From: Basidiobolus meristosporus CBS 931.73
Lineage: Eukaryota > Fungi > Basidiobolomycota
Assembly (NCBI GenBank): GCA_002104905.1
Contig: MCFE01000327.1
Coordinates: forward strand, 30,341 to 94,340
Reading direction: 5' to 3'
Length of the DNA: 64,000 nucleotides
Shown here: in pieces, positions 1-12,099 of the stretch
Position numbering within the stretch: the first letter of the stretch is position 1
Layout of the letters: each line of letters starts with the position of its first letter
Notes under the pieces: generated by a model
The model's input: only the letters and a program-made list of their open reading frames with translations
Told to the model about the DNA's origin: nothing
The model's database searches: none
Program-made: the position numbers and the translations under genes

Positions 1-299
1 CTTTCCTCAGATCCATGATCCCATGCTTATTCCCCTATCAACAAGACAAAATTAGTACTTTTACCAAACATTATACTCTAACCCTGAGACTGTTACAGAA
101 TGCTCCTGAGTGTTGAGAAGCCCTCTTTACTTAGTTCCACAGTTGTATTACTTTTACAAAGGTGTGAATACTAAGCTCTCTTATGAATAATAAAATATTC
201 AACTTTTATCATTATTTCTTGATAGGTTCCTCATATCTAAATCACTTCTTAAGTTGTACAATAGAACACTATGAAAATAATTGTAAGGATCCCACTCAA

Positions 300-2700
300 G
301 GCTATTGAAAATTTACAGTCCTGTGACTAAGCAGTGTTGATCCTACCAGGACACAATCCATGGACTGTTGAGAATAATTGTACCCTCAATTTCATTACCA
401 TGTTTGTCAAAATTCTTCACAAAAACAATACACAAGTAGCTTTTGATTGGGTCTCTGCCAATTCTGTCACTTTCTGCTCCCATTCACTCAATCATCCTTA
501 TAGATTGTGTACATTACTGGGCTATTGCCTCTTTTTCATACTCCTTACTTCCTGACTCAATCAATTTTCTTACTATTCATGTATACAAATTAAGATATTT
601 CTGTAGAAACTTCAGTTGTGCCTCAATTGCAGCTTGAAATGTACTATACAACTGATTCCCATATCTCATAGTCTTCAGCTTGCACTGCAAGCTTGAGCAG
701 CTCATTGGCCAGTTGTTGCAACTAATCCTTGCAGTATCATGTAAATTCTTGTGAACACTGCTCTTGAAGAAGTGCTCTCACCTCATAGTGTCCCATCAAT
801 GTTCCAAAACTCCACTGTAGGCCTTACAATAGTCTTTTGAGCTCTTGATATTGTTGCTCTCTCTGTCAGTTGGATCTCCACTCTCTTTACAATGCAGGAC
901 ATAGAGGCAGTGGTAGATAAATCTCTTTTCTCTGCAACCTCATCTACCTAAGTGGAGTGTAGCCAAACTGGCAGTGCTCCCAACTCTTGAGAAGCAGCTT
1001 TTGTCTTGATATTGATTCTTCTTAACTTTGATAAGATTCCACCTTCTCTGGGCTGACAGCATTAATTAGTCAAGGGTGCAGGTTTTTTCTCATGCCTCCC
1101 TGTCTCTGGCTTGGGTAGACTGTTTCTCTTTATCTTGACCTTTATCACTGCCAAGTCTTTAGTTGTTATTGGACTGAGTGCTCATAGTACTGAGCTTCAT
1201 AATTCTAGTTGATGAATGCTGCACTGGTGTATCTGCTTCTGTCTGCTTGTCCCCTGCTGGCACTCTACTGGCACCTGATGTTTCTTTCCTACTTGCATGG
1301 AACTATCAGCCCTGCTTGCAATAGATTCCTGTGAAAGCCGTAGGTGTATAACACTGTCATGTGCTTGATTGCTAATATGACCAAGTGGGTCTTGTATTGT
1401 ACTTTGTATTCTCCATCATGAATGCTGTACCTGTGTATTAAGTTTTGCCTGCCTATCCCTTGCCAGCACACTTTTGGAAACCAAATATTTCTCTGCTGCT
1501 TGTATGCAGCTTCCAGCTCTGCTTCTAGTGGGCTCCTGACAATGACATAGGCTTTTATACTGTTAAGTGTTTCACTTTTACTGCAACTTAATACTGTTTA
1601 TGTTGTACAGCAATTTCTCCTTGATGAATGCTGCACTGATGCATCTGTTTCTGCCTGCCTGTCCCTTGCTGGCCTCTTCTGGTTACCTGATGAATCTTGG
1701 CTGCTTACTTCTTGCTTTCAGCCCTACTTGTGACAAGCTCTTGAGGAAGCTGCTGGATCTTATCTTTGGCACCCTTGTTCTTCTGCATTTAAAAGCTCTG
1801 GCTATTCTGGAGATACTTTCTTAGCATACAAGTGCTGGCCCAAGATCTGGTTGCTTGCCTGAGTCCAGGATAATGCCCATGGAAGATGTTGAACACATTC
1901 TGTTTAGTCTTCAGCTCCTGATGGCCAATGGTATGCTGGCCATTATGTGATGCCATGCCGGACTTCTAACAGCCTGTGATGTATTAGCCCACTGTTAATA
2001 ATTGTATTCAATGGCTGTTGAAATATTGGACCATTTGGTATCATTCAACAGCTAACAACTTATTTAACAACTCTAGACTAGTCTTGGTCACTGTTGGACT
2101 AGTTTACAGCCCTAACTTTAGCCAGTTTCTTTAGATCTATGATTCTTTAAAATTCTCCTATAGAGTGTATAGTGTTCCCCTGCTGCTACACTAAAATATG
2201 GCTCACTTTTTGACTGTGACATTGGGCTACCTGGGTTCCATTCTTGTAGCAAAGATACTGCATTCTCTACCTGGGATATTGTTTTCTCATCACCTTTTAT
2301 ATGATCATCCTGCTTCTGAACTATTTCCAGATTTCTCTGAGCCATTGCATTTATACTGCCAGCCACTGCAACTAACTGCCGTTTAATACTCTGGTATATA
2401 CTGATCACATACTAGCTAATACAGGTAGTGGTGGTGCAATGATAGATACTTGCTGCTCTTCAACCAAATGTACTCCACTACTACATTCTGATCTTCCAGA
2501 GCTTTACAATTTACTGGCAGCCCCATAAAGAGTTTCATTGCCTACCAGGCTAAGAGCCTGAGGATTATGTAGAAATATTGGACTATTTGGCATCATTGAG
2601 CAGCTAAAAGTTTACTTGGCAATTCTGGGATAGTCATGGCTACTGCAGGGCTAACCAACACCCCTAGTGTTGCCACTTTGATAAGATCTTTGATCCTGTA
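300..2700 (-). mobile_element. Degenerate non-LTR (LINE-like) retroelement remnant: ORF1-like region plus start of an APE-type endonuclease
   Basis: Collinear homology with 9950-11855 (e.g. 820-1000 vs 10430-10600; 2170-2400 vs 11540-11770). Minus strand near 570-590 reads LNLYT*IVRKL, like the (T/S)WNVRGL start of APE endonucleases. CpG-poor with many stops. Boundaries approximate. Confidence 0.4.
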
Positions 2701-2773
2701 ATTATTCCCCCATAGTCAAGATTAAGTTGGCACTTTTGACCAAACATAATGCACTACCCTGAAGCTGTTACAG

Positions 2774-3155
2774 TGTTAAAAGTCTTGGTGTAGGAGTTAT
2801 AGAGGAATAGGGATTTTATCTAGTACTGTATTCACTGGCACTTGAACTGATTCTTAGTGAGGTTCCAGCAGCTCCTTATATACATTTTTACCTGATCAAT
2901 TGCCAACTAATTATATTTCCTAATATAGGCTGTGGCTGATGACTCATTTGAGTGCATCAGCATCACCCAATAAGATCGTACTTAATATATCTATTTCTGT
3001 CTAATGAGGATCTGCTGATTCATCTGCTGATTTGTATGCTGATTAATGCTCCTAATTTGATAGATAACATTGATATACTTATAGGCCAAACATATGACTA
3101 AATGATTTGACTAAAAGCTGATCTAAATTAAACATTCAAGCAATAGATCAAAACA
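2774..3155 (-). repeat. Extra LTR copy of gypsy family 1, in tandem with the 3' LTR
   Basis: TGTTAAAAGTC...AAACA, homologous to 3269-3638; followed on + by TTTTTCCCCTAC (polypurine tract on -) and a ~113-bp copy of the element's 3' internal region. Confidence 0.8.
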
Positions 3156-3268
3156 TTTTTCCCCTACTAAAGTTGAGAGGGTTCTCCTGAATCTCTTATC
3201 TTATGATACCAATATCTTGAAGGTTTAATATTGTTGGCAAGTCTTGCAAGCTTAAATCTGTCTCTATG

Positions 3269-3638
3269 CGTTACAAGTCTTGGTATAAGAGTTGTAGAGG
3301 AATAAGGAGTTTAGCTAGTATTGTATTCACTAAAACTTGAACTGATCTTTATTGGGATTCCAGCAGCTCCTTATATACATTTTTACCAGATCAATTGCTG
3401 ACTAATTGTATTTCCTAATGTAGGCTGTGGCAGATGACTCATTTGAGTGCATCAGCATCACCCATTAGGATCCTACTTAGTATATCTATTTCTGTCTGAT
3501 GAGGATTTGATGATTCATCGGCTGATTAATGCTCCTAATTAGATAGATGACATTTATATACTAATAGACCAAACATAGGACTATATGATTTGACTAAAAG
3601 CTGATCTAACTTAAGCACTCATGCAACAGATCATAACA
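3269..3638 (-). repeat. 3' LTR of gypsy family 1
   Basis: (C/T)GTTACA...TAACA termini; PPT CAGGGGAGAA immediately upstream on the minus strand. Confidence 0.85.
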
Positions 3639-6600
3639 TTCTCCCCTGCTAAAGTTGAGATGATTCTCCTGAACCTCTTTTTTTGTGATACCAATATCTT
3701 GATGGTTCAGTATTATCAGCAAGTCTTGCAAGCTTGAGTCTGTCCATATGCACTAAGTCTTCCCAGATATTGCCTTGTTTGTCCACCAGTTGGTAAGTTG
3801 CAAATGGACATTCTCTGATGATCTTGAATGGTCTTGTCCATTGTGGCTCAAACTTCTTCCAAGTATTGTTTCTCAGCTAAACAAAGTTCACAACTGTCAA
3901 TGCTTCTGGAGCTATAGTCTTATCAAATCTCTGCTTCATCTTTTCTGCACGTTGAGATACTTTGGTTTGTGCCTCTTGAGGTCTTTGTTTCAGTTGCTGG
4001 TGTCTACTTGGATGACCGAGTTCATCTTCTAAGGTGTCTGTAAGCTTTGGTTGTGTGAGATCTCCTGGAATCCTTGGTTCACATCCATACATTGAGTAAA
4101 ATGGTGATTGCTGGGTGGTGTTGTGTACTCTGACTCTGCATGCAAAGAGTACTTGGTCTATGTACTCATCCCATCTACTGACAACTCCATTTGCATACTT
4201 GGTGCGCATTTTTCAAAATAATCCATTAAACCGCTCAGTGACTCCATTAGTTCTGGGGTGATATGCCAAGGTTTTCAAGTGTTTGATCTGCAGCATTTCC
4301 AGGTAAGCTTCTGATGTCTTTGCCATAAAGTTTGCACCTCTTTTGGATGGAATCTCTACAGGGCATCCAAACTTCATAAAGATTTCATGGTAGATGAAAC
4401 TTGCAACTTCTTGTTCACTGGCTATAGGTACAGCATTAGCCACTGGCCATTTTGTGGCATGGTCAATTGCCACTAGGATCCAATGATTATATTTCCTTGT
4501 AGTTGGCAGTCTTCCAATAAAGTCAATTCCCCATCATTCTAATGGTCTTACAGGCTCCAGGGAAAGAGTTCAGCACTTCTCTGTGGTTGGCCTTGGTTTA
4601 TTTGGAAATTTGGGGATGTTTTCACTAGCTTCTCAATGTCTGGTTTCATTCTGGGCCACCATGCTCTGGCTTTCACAAGACTATAGTTTCCTTCAATTCC
4701 AAGATGTCCATATCCATTGTGTAGCTTATGTATTAAGTCCAGGCAAGAAACATAAGGGCAATAGGCAATAGGGCTTCCATCAACAATTTGGTAGAGTGCT
4801 TCATCCTGTAATACAGATTTGCTGGCTTCATCCCAGATTATCTTCTTGATATCTTCATCCACCTCATTAGGTATGGCTTGGTCCTCCAAGTACTTTGGTA
4901 ATAGGCTAGGCCAATTGGACTCATGCACCAAGTTGAGTTGTGCAACTTGATCTAATCTTGATAAGGCATCAGCAACCGTATTGTTTTTTCAAGGGCAGTA
5001 GACAATCTCCAAGTCAAATTGCTGAATGTATTCACTCCATCTTGTCATTCTTCTAGTAAGTATCTTCTGAGTGAATATATACTTGAGGGAGGCATGATCA
5101 GTCTTGACAGTGCATTTGACTCCTTCAATATAGCGTCTCCCTGTCTTCAAACAGTGTATTAAAGCAAGCATCTCTGTCTTATTGACTGGATGGTCTTGTT
5201 CTGCTGAGTTTGGTTTCTTTGATTTAAAGGCTAGGGTAGTTCTTTCCCTTGTGTTCTTGGCTCAACACTCCACAAATTGCATAATCTGAAGCGTCTGTGC
5301 ACATAGTAAACTTTTTGCTGAAGTCTGGTATTCTTAAGCTTGGCAGCTTGGCAAGTTCATTCTTGAGCATCTGGGAGGCAGTCTCACAAGCTATGTCCCA
5401 CTTGTAGGTTTTGTCTTTCTTGAGGACGTCAGTTGAAGGGGCTGCAATGCTTGCAAAGAACTTGACAAGTCTCCAATAATAGGAAACCATTCCAATGAAT
5501 GATCTGAGCGCTGATATGCTATGGGGCTGCTTCAGATTCTTGACAACTTCAGCCTTCTTAGGGTCTAAGGTTACTCCTGTGCTAGTCACTATTTGTCCCA
5601 GATATTCAATGTGTTCCTTGAAGAATTCACACTTGGCTAGCTTGCCATAAAGCTTGCTCTATCTTAGCTTCTTCAAAACCTTTTCAATGTGCACCAAGTG
5701 ATCCTCTTCTGACTTGCTGTATATCAATATATCATCTAGGTAGATTATGACAAACTTGTCCAAGTACTCCTGGAAGACACTCTGTATCAGGGTCATGAAT
5801 GTTGCAGGGGCATTGGTGAGGCCAAAACTCATGACTAAGTAGTTGTAATGTCCATATCTGTTCCTAGACAACATCTTAGGGATGTGTTCTGGCTTCACCC
5901 TGCTCTGATTGTATCATGACATGAGGTCAATCTTGCTGAAAATAGTGACTCCATTGAGTTGGTCCAAAAGCTCATCAATCTAAGGTATGGGGTACTTATT
6001 CTTCATAGTAAATGAGTTGAGGGCTATGCAGTTAATGCTCATCCCAAGTGTTCCATCCTTCTTTTTTGCAAAAAGCACTGGTGTTCCCAAAGGTGACTTG
6101 GGTCCAATATATCCTAGCTCCAATATCTGATCTATTTGTCTCTTCATCTTCCAATTGCAATGGACTCATTTGATAGGGTGTCCTACTCACTGGGGTGCTA
6201 TCTCCTGTGTCAATGGCCTGATCCACCTCTCTGACTCATTGTAGGCTTACAAGTTCATCTAGAAATAAGTCTGAGCATTCCTTCAGAAGAGTGTGGACCT
6301 TCTGTGGTACTGGAGTAGAGGAATCCTCCAGTAATACTGCCATGAGGAGCAACCAGGTGCCTTTTCTAAGTGCTCTACAGAACTGTGTTTTGCTAAGTTT
6401 ACTTGTTTCACACACACTGGAATTGATTGAGTTGAAATCCAGTCTGGCAGATAGTAGCTCACAGGTCTTGTTGTTATTCTGGATCTGAGTAGCATGCATT
6501 CTCCAGCTGATTGATGGATTACAACAAAATAGCCAGGTTTTTCCAGGTGCAGGGTCAAATTTGCAGTTCCCAAGTACATAGGCCTGTAGGTCTTCTTCAT

Positions 6601-7842
6601 AGTCATTGATCTTCATCCTTACTGGCTGAGTAATATGGTTGATTATGTGAGAGTTCCCATCAGCTGTTGAGACTGAAGTTGATTTGGTGGGTTCTGAGTT
6701 GATTTCAGCCCTCAGAGCAAATTTCTCTGATATGTACTCATATAGTGCTCCTGATTCAATCATGATCTTGGCAGGAACTGCTTTAATTACTCTGTTCAAA
6801 TATTTTAGCTTTGCTGGGTTCAAGTTCATCTGGTATAGGTACTCTTCTGTCATATGGAAAGGGGAGTTCTGAGTCTTCTTCAAGTTCATCCTCCATGTTA
6901 CCATGCTCAAGGGCTTCAATATGGCTAAAGGTTTGTGATGGCTGGTGTCCATTTCTTCTCTGAGGGCAGTACTACAAAATATGTCCCTGCTGGTGGCAAT
7001 TAAGGCCAAGTCCTTTCTTCATACATTCTTCTGAGGTAGGATTCGTCTGCATGGCATATATTTCAATTGGCACTGCTCCTGATTGTCTTCTTTCATAGTG
7101 ATTGTAGCCACTCTGATCAGTCATTGTGGGCTTCCCAACTCCAAACATAGCTGAGTTGTAGTCAATGGCAATCTTGATGGCTTCTTCAATATTCCAAGGT
7201 CATCACTAGTTGACTTCCGTGCAAGTTCCTTCTTTCAGCCCATCAATAAAGTATTCCACTTGATCCAGGGGGTTCATTCTTTCAACTTGTCCAAGTAGAT
7301 ATCTATATTCATAGGTTTAATCTTGAGCTATTCCTTTCTGTGTGAGTATCTTCAACTTTCTTCTTTGTAGTGTCTGCTAGTGTGGGGGTTCAAAATCATC
7401 CTGATTTTCTAACACAAACTCTCTCAGGTAGAGATTGCAGAGCATCCCATCATGGTGGCCAAACTGATCTTGTTGTGGTACTATTGTAAAGCTACATCTG
7501 GCAGGTAAGAGGCTGCATAATATAACTTACTTTCTGGAGCATTTTCCTTAGCCTTGAAAGCTACTTCAATCTGGAGGAGCCAAGTTCCCAGGTTTTCACT
7601 GACTCTACTATGGTGCTGGTTGACCTTCGCACAGAAGTTACTCTGAATAGGGTTTTGCTGGTTCTGTGCCAGGGTTTTGCTGGCTTTTGGTTATAGTAGA
7701 CATTCCTTGTTGCTGCTGGCTAAGGATCTGGTGTAATTGTTGCTGTTGGGCCAGGATTTGCTGCATCGCATTCTTCCACTCTTGATTTTCTGACATCTTG
7801 GCAGAGGGTGCTTCTTTCATCACAAGGGAGGCTTCTGGTTGT

Positions 7843-7853
7843 TGCTGCTACCA
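7843..7853 (-). promoter_or_regulatory. Primer-binding site, initiator-Met tRNA type
   Basis: TGGTAGCAGCA directly after the LTR end on the minus strand; TGGTAGC is the same start as the yeast Ty1/Ty3 iMet PBS. Confidence 0.7.
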
Positions 7854-7854
7854 A

Positions 7855-8117
7855 TGTTACAGCTCTTGGTATAATAGTTGTAAAGGAATAGGGAGTTTAG
7901 ATAGTATTGCATTCACTAAAAGTTGAATTGATTTCATTGAGGTTCCAGCAGCTCCTTTTATACTTTTTGCCTGATCAATTTCTGACTAATTGAATAACCT
8001 AATGTAAGTTGTGACTGACAACTCATTTGATTGCATCATCATTACGCAATAGTATCCTAACTAAGTTATGTATTTCTCTCTGATAAGGATTGGCCAACTC
8101 ATTTGCTCACTAATGCC
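7855..8117 (-). repeat. 5' LTR of gypsy family 1, truncated
   Basis: Starts TGTTACAGCTCTTGG and aligns to 3269-3530; similarity is lost near 8117. Confidence 0.75.
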
Positions 8118-8339
8118 AAAACAAATTTATTCATAATGCTAACTATGGCAGGTCATTCTTGAATCCTATATTCATGTATGTACAGTGACTCAACTACAAG
8201 ACTGTCTTAGATTCACATGTAGCTATTTTGGTTATGATCCACTGCTTGAATATTGCAGAAGCCTCCTTTAGGATGTTAAATAATAAAGAATGGAAGAATG
8301 AATGCAGCAAATCCTGGCCCCACAGTCACAGTTACTCCA

Positions 8340-9945
8340 GATTCTGAGCTAACAGCAATAAGGAATGACCACCATAGCCCAGAACAGCAAGTCCTTGTTG
8401 AAAGCAACTTTAGTGCAAAGGCCAAATGGTGACATGGTAAAGTCAATGAAAGCCTGGCAATGTGACTTTTTCATCTTAAAGAAGCCTTTAAGGCTTGAGG
8501 GGATGGCCCCAGAAAGCAAGTCACTTTATGCGGCCTCTCACCTAGCAGATGCAGCTTTACAATGGTATCACAACAAGATCAGGTGAGCCACTATGAAGAA
8601 TGCTCTACTACCTCTCCTTGGGAAGAGTTTGTGTTGGAAATTCAAGATGCCTTCAAACCTCCCCACTAGCAGACAATACTACCCTAAGAAAAATCTCAAA
8701 CTTGGAATGCATCTGATTTTTAGCTGGTATTCTGCTGGTATTCTGATGGTATTTTGCTGGTATTCAGCTGGTGTTTTGGGTTCAAAATTTCAAATGCAAT
8801 TTTTGATGGAAGTAATGGGCAGCTAATTGCCAAATTTGGTATGGATGCTAGTTTGCCTAGTCTTTTTGTTGAGAACTTGTTTGCATGCCTGCCCATCAGC
8901 TCAGAACAGAGATACTGAGAGTTGTCAATTTTGAGAAACTTAGAATTCGGTTGATACTATGATGGTATTTTGCTGGACTTTTCTCAATTTTTTCTCTTAG
9001 GGCTAAGTAGCAAGCTGAAGACACTCAGACACAAAGGAATGGCTCAAGAATACATATATGAGTATAGAATTTTACTTGGACAAATCTGAAGAATGGACAC
9101 CCTTGATCAAGTTAAATACTTTGTTCACAGGTTAAAAGAACAAATCTGCTAGAAAGTGAATTATCAGAGACTGCACACTATTGAAGAAGCCATTAAGATT
9201 GCCATTGACTATGATGCAGCTGTATTTGGAATTGGGAAGCCCACTTTGACTAATCAGAGAAGCTATAATTACTATGAAGGAAAAAAATTGGAAACAGTGC
9301 TAATGGAAATAGATGCTATGCTGAGGAATTCTACTTCCAAATAATGTACATAGGAAGGACTTGGTTACATTGCCACCAGCCAAGGCATATCTCAAGGTAC
9401 TACCAGTGGAAAAGAAATGGACACCAGTCAACAAGAACATTCAACCATATCAATGCCTAAGAGCATAGTCAAATGATGGATGAACTTGTGGAAGATCCAG
9501 AACTTAACTTCTATTTGCCAGAAGAATACTTGTCCTAAATGACCTCAAACTGAGTGAAGCAATTATACTTGAGTGTGGCAATCAATGGAGTGCCTGCAAA
9601 GATCATGATTGACTCAGGAGCATTACATATGTACATATCAGAGCAACTTGCCTTCAAAGCTGGAATTGACACAGAGCCCACAAAATCAACTTCAAGGAAT
9701 AGTTGGATGTGTTCCCATATGAACTTGTCAGCCTACCACCAGTCAGAGACATGGATCATGCCATTGACACAGGAGATAGCCCTCCAGTGTGCAAAATACC
9801 CTATAGAAGGAGTCCATTGCAATTGGGAGATGAAGAGACAAATAGATCAATTATTGGAGCAAGGATATATTGGACCCTGCAAGTCACCTTGGGGAGCACC
9901 AGTGCTTTTTGTGAAAAAGAAGGAAGGAACACTTGGGATGTATAT
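8340..9945 (+). mobile_element. Second, internally deleted copy of gypsy family 1 (gag, PR, RT start), opposite orientation
   Basis: Gag fragments 8365-8586 and 9156-9344, PAKIMIDSGA protease motif, and SPWGAPVLFVKKKEG RT start, all homologous to 6000-7650 on the minus strand. Confidence 0.85.
8682..9002. mobile_element. 321-bp MITE with CCCTAAG termini and 3-bp TSD (CTA), inserted in gag
   Basis: Left end CCCTAAGAAAAA, right end TTTTTCTCTTAGGG, CTA on both flanks (8679-8681, 9003-9005). Removing it restores gag collinearity with 7330-7400. Short subterminal repeats GCTGGTATT. Confidence 0.8.
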
Positions 9946-9949
9946 ATCA

Positions 9950-11855
9950 GTGTGCATTGATTGTCTATTGCCTCATTTTGCACTCCTTACTTTCTGACTT
10001 GACTATTTCTCTCACTTTTCATGCGTAGAAATTGATTAATTTCTGTTGAAACTTCATCCGTGCCTTAATTTCCAATTGTATTGATCTATACAAGTCCCTA
10101 CACCCCACACTAACATTAAGCCCAACCACTCACTCAACAAGTGACTCCATTAAAATCCACCACTCAATAAGTATTTCTGCTGTAATGCTCTGACTCCACA
10201 ACTCTGGCATGAGCCCAACAGCTTTCACCACTGTTCATTTACTGGTTCCCACACCTCATGGTCTTCAGCCAGCACTGCAAGGTCTAGTACCTTGTCTGCC
10301 ATTCTTTGCAATAAATCCTTGTAATATTCAAGTGCATTTTCTTGAGCACTGCACTTGAAGAAGTTATGTAACCTCTTGGTGGGCATATTGATGTTCCATA
10401 ATTCCACTAAAGGCATTGTGATAGCCTTCTAGTACCTTACATTGTAGCCTTGTCTGTCAGTGGGATCTCCACTCTGTCACCAATGGAGGATATGGAGGCT
10501 GTGGTAGACAAATTACCTTTTTCTGCAAACTAATCTACCTTGCTGGTATGTAGCTCAACTGGCTGCACTTCCAACTCTTGTGAAACCAGCTGTTTTCTTG
10601 TTGGTAATTCTTCTTGAGTATGAAGGGAATTAGTCTGTTTCAGGCTTGCAGCATTAATTGGGAAGTACTGCAGTTTTTTTTGCATACCTCCCTGTCTCAG
10701 GCTTGGGTAGACATTTTTCCCTTAACTGTTTCCTTTACCACTACCAGATCTTTCACTGCTACTTTGGCTGAGTGATTCTTGTAATGAACTACATTTTCTC
10801 CTTGATAAACTTTGCTATACATATGTTTTGGCCTGCTAGCCCCTTGCTGGCACTCTTCTGGCAACCCAACAGTTCTTTATTGCTTTTTTTGAGCACTCAG
10901 TCATTGTTGCAATGGGCTCCTGTAAAAGCTGCTGGTTTTTACCACAGCCAGGTTCTTCACTGCTACCTTGACTGAGTGCTTCTTCAGTAGTTCTATTCTT
11001 TTTCCTTGATAAATGTTGTGCTGGTGCATCCATGTCTGCCTACTGGTTCCTAATTGGAACTCTTCCAGCTACCTGACATCTCCTTGACCCTTGTTTAGAG
11101 CTTTTGTCTGTGATTGTAACATGCTCTTAAGCAAGCCACTTGTTTTTAGCAATAGCACCCTTGTTCTTGTACCTTTGATAGTTTCTGCTATTCTTAGGAT
11201 ACTGCCTTAGCATACCAATACAGGACTAAAATCTGCTTGCCTACTTGAATTTGCAATAATGCTCATGAAACAAGTCAAGTGCATTCTGCTTGGCCTTAAG
11301 CTCCTGATGGTCCCATGGGATACTGGCCTTAAGGTGCTGGTATGCTAGACTTCTGACAGCCTCTTGAATATTAGTCCACTCTTCATTATTGCACTCAACA
11401 GTTTCATGGATCTTCAATGTCTTTTGAAATTTAGGATTTGGTACACACACTACATTGACTCCCTCCCACACTTTGATAGGCTTTTCTGTGAGCTTTATCT
11501 TTGGGCACTGTTGTTGTGCTTCAAAGACTGTATGGTGTTCTTCTGCTGTTACATTGGGATATGACTAAGTTCATGGCTGCAACATTGAGCTATTTGAGTT
11601 ACTTCTTTGCAGCAAAGATACTGCTTTCTCTACCCAGGACATTGATTGCTATACACATATTATCCGCTCATCCTGTTTCTGATCTGTTTTCTGATTTCTC
11701 TGGGCCATTGCATCTATACTATCAGCCACTGCACCAAGCTGCTTCATTAATGCTTTGGTATGAGCTGACAGCATACTTGCTGATATGGGTGGTAGTGATA
11801 TTATGGCAGCCACTTGCTGGTCATCAACTGAGGCTACTGCATTTGCTACATTATA
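9950..11855 (-). mobile_element. Second copy of the LINE-like remnant
   Basis: Homologous to 300-2700. Minus strand near 10010-10040 reads INFYA*KVRE, and a VDFNG (GDFN-like) motif lies near 10160. Confidence 0.4.
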
Positions 11856-11991
11856 TACCTGGTATTGTGGTGAAAATATTCTAAGTAAATCCCAACAAGG
11901 GAATTGGTCAGTATTCTCTAGGATATGAAGGTAATAATCTAAGTGACTCAGTTAGGTGAATATTTAGGTGGAAATACCAATTTTTACAACA
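11856..11991 (-). repeat. Partial LTR of the copia family
   Basis: Matches the right-hand part of 36045-36392 and ends in TTTTACAACA. Confidence 0.8.
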
Positions 11992-12099
11992 GGTACAATG
12001 TCTCAAATACAAGACTGTCTTAAATTCACGTGATTTTTGTCCAAAAAGGGAGATAATAGCATTGTGTTGTTCAAGGTCAAACTGTTTGCCCCATGGATA

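Larger units (their letters stand above)
3269..8117 (-). mobile_element. Ty3/gypsy LTR retrotransposon family 1, decayed (gag-PR-RT-RH-IN)
   Basis: Minus-strand ORF fragments: gag (7638-7823 and below), degenerate zinc knuckle near 7000, protease [20 protein letters not shown] (5659-5898), RNase H (4989-5589), integrase with TNGVTERFN (3877-4931). Order PR-RT-RH-IN. LTRs at 3269-3638 and 7855-~8117, PBS at 7843-7853, PPT at 3639-3650. Many stops and frameshifts. Confidence 0.92.
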
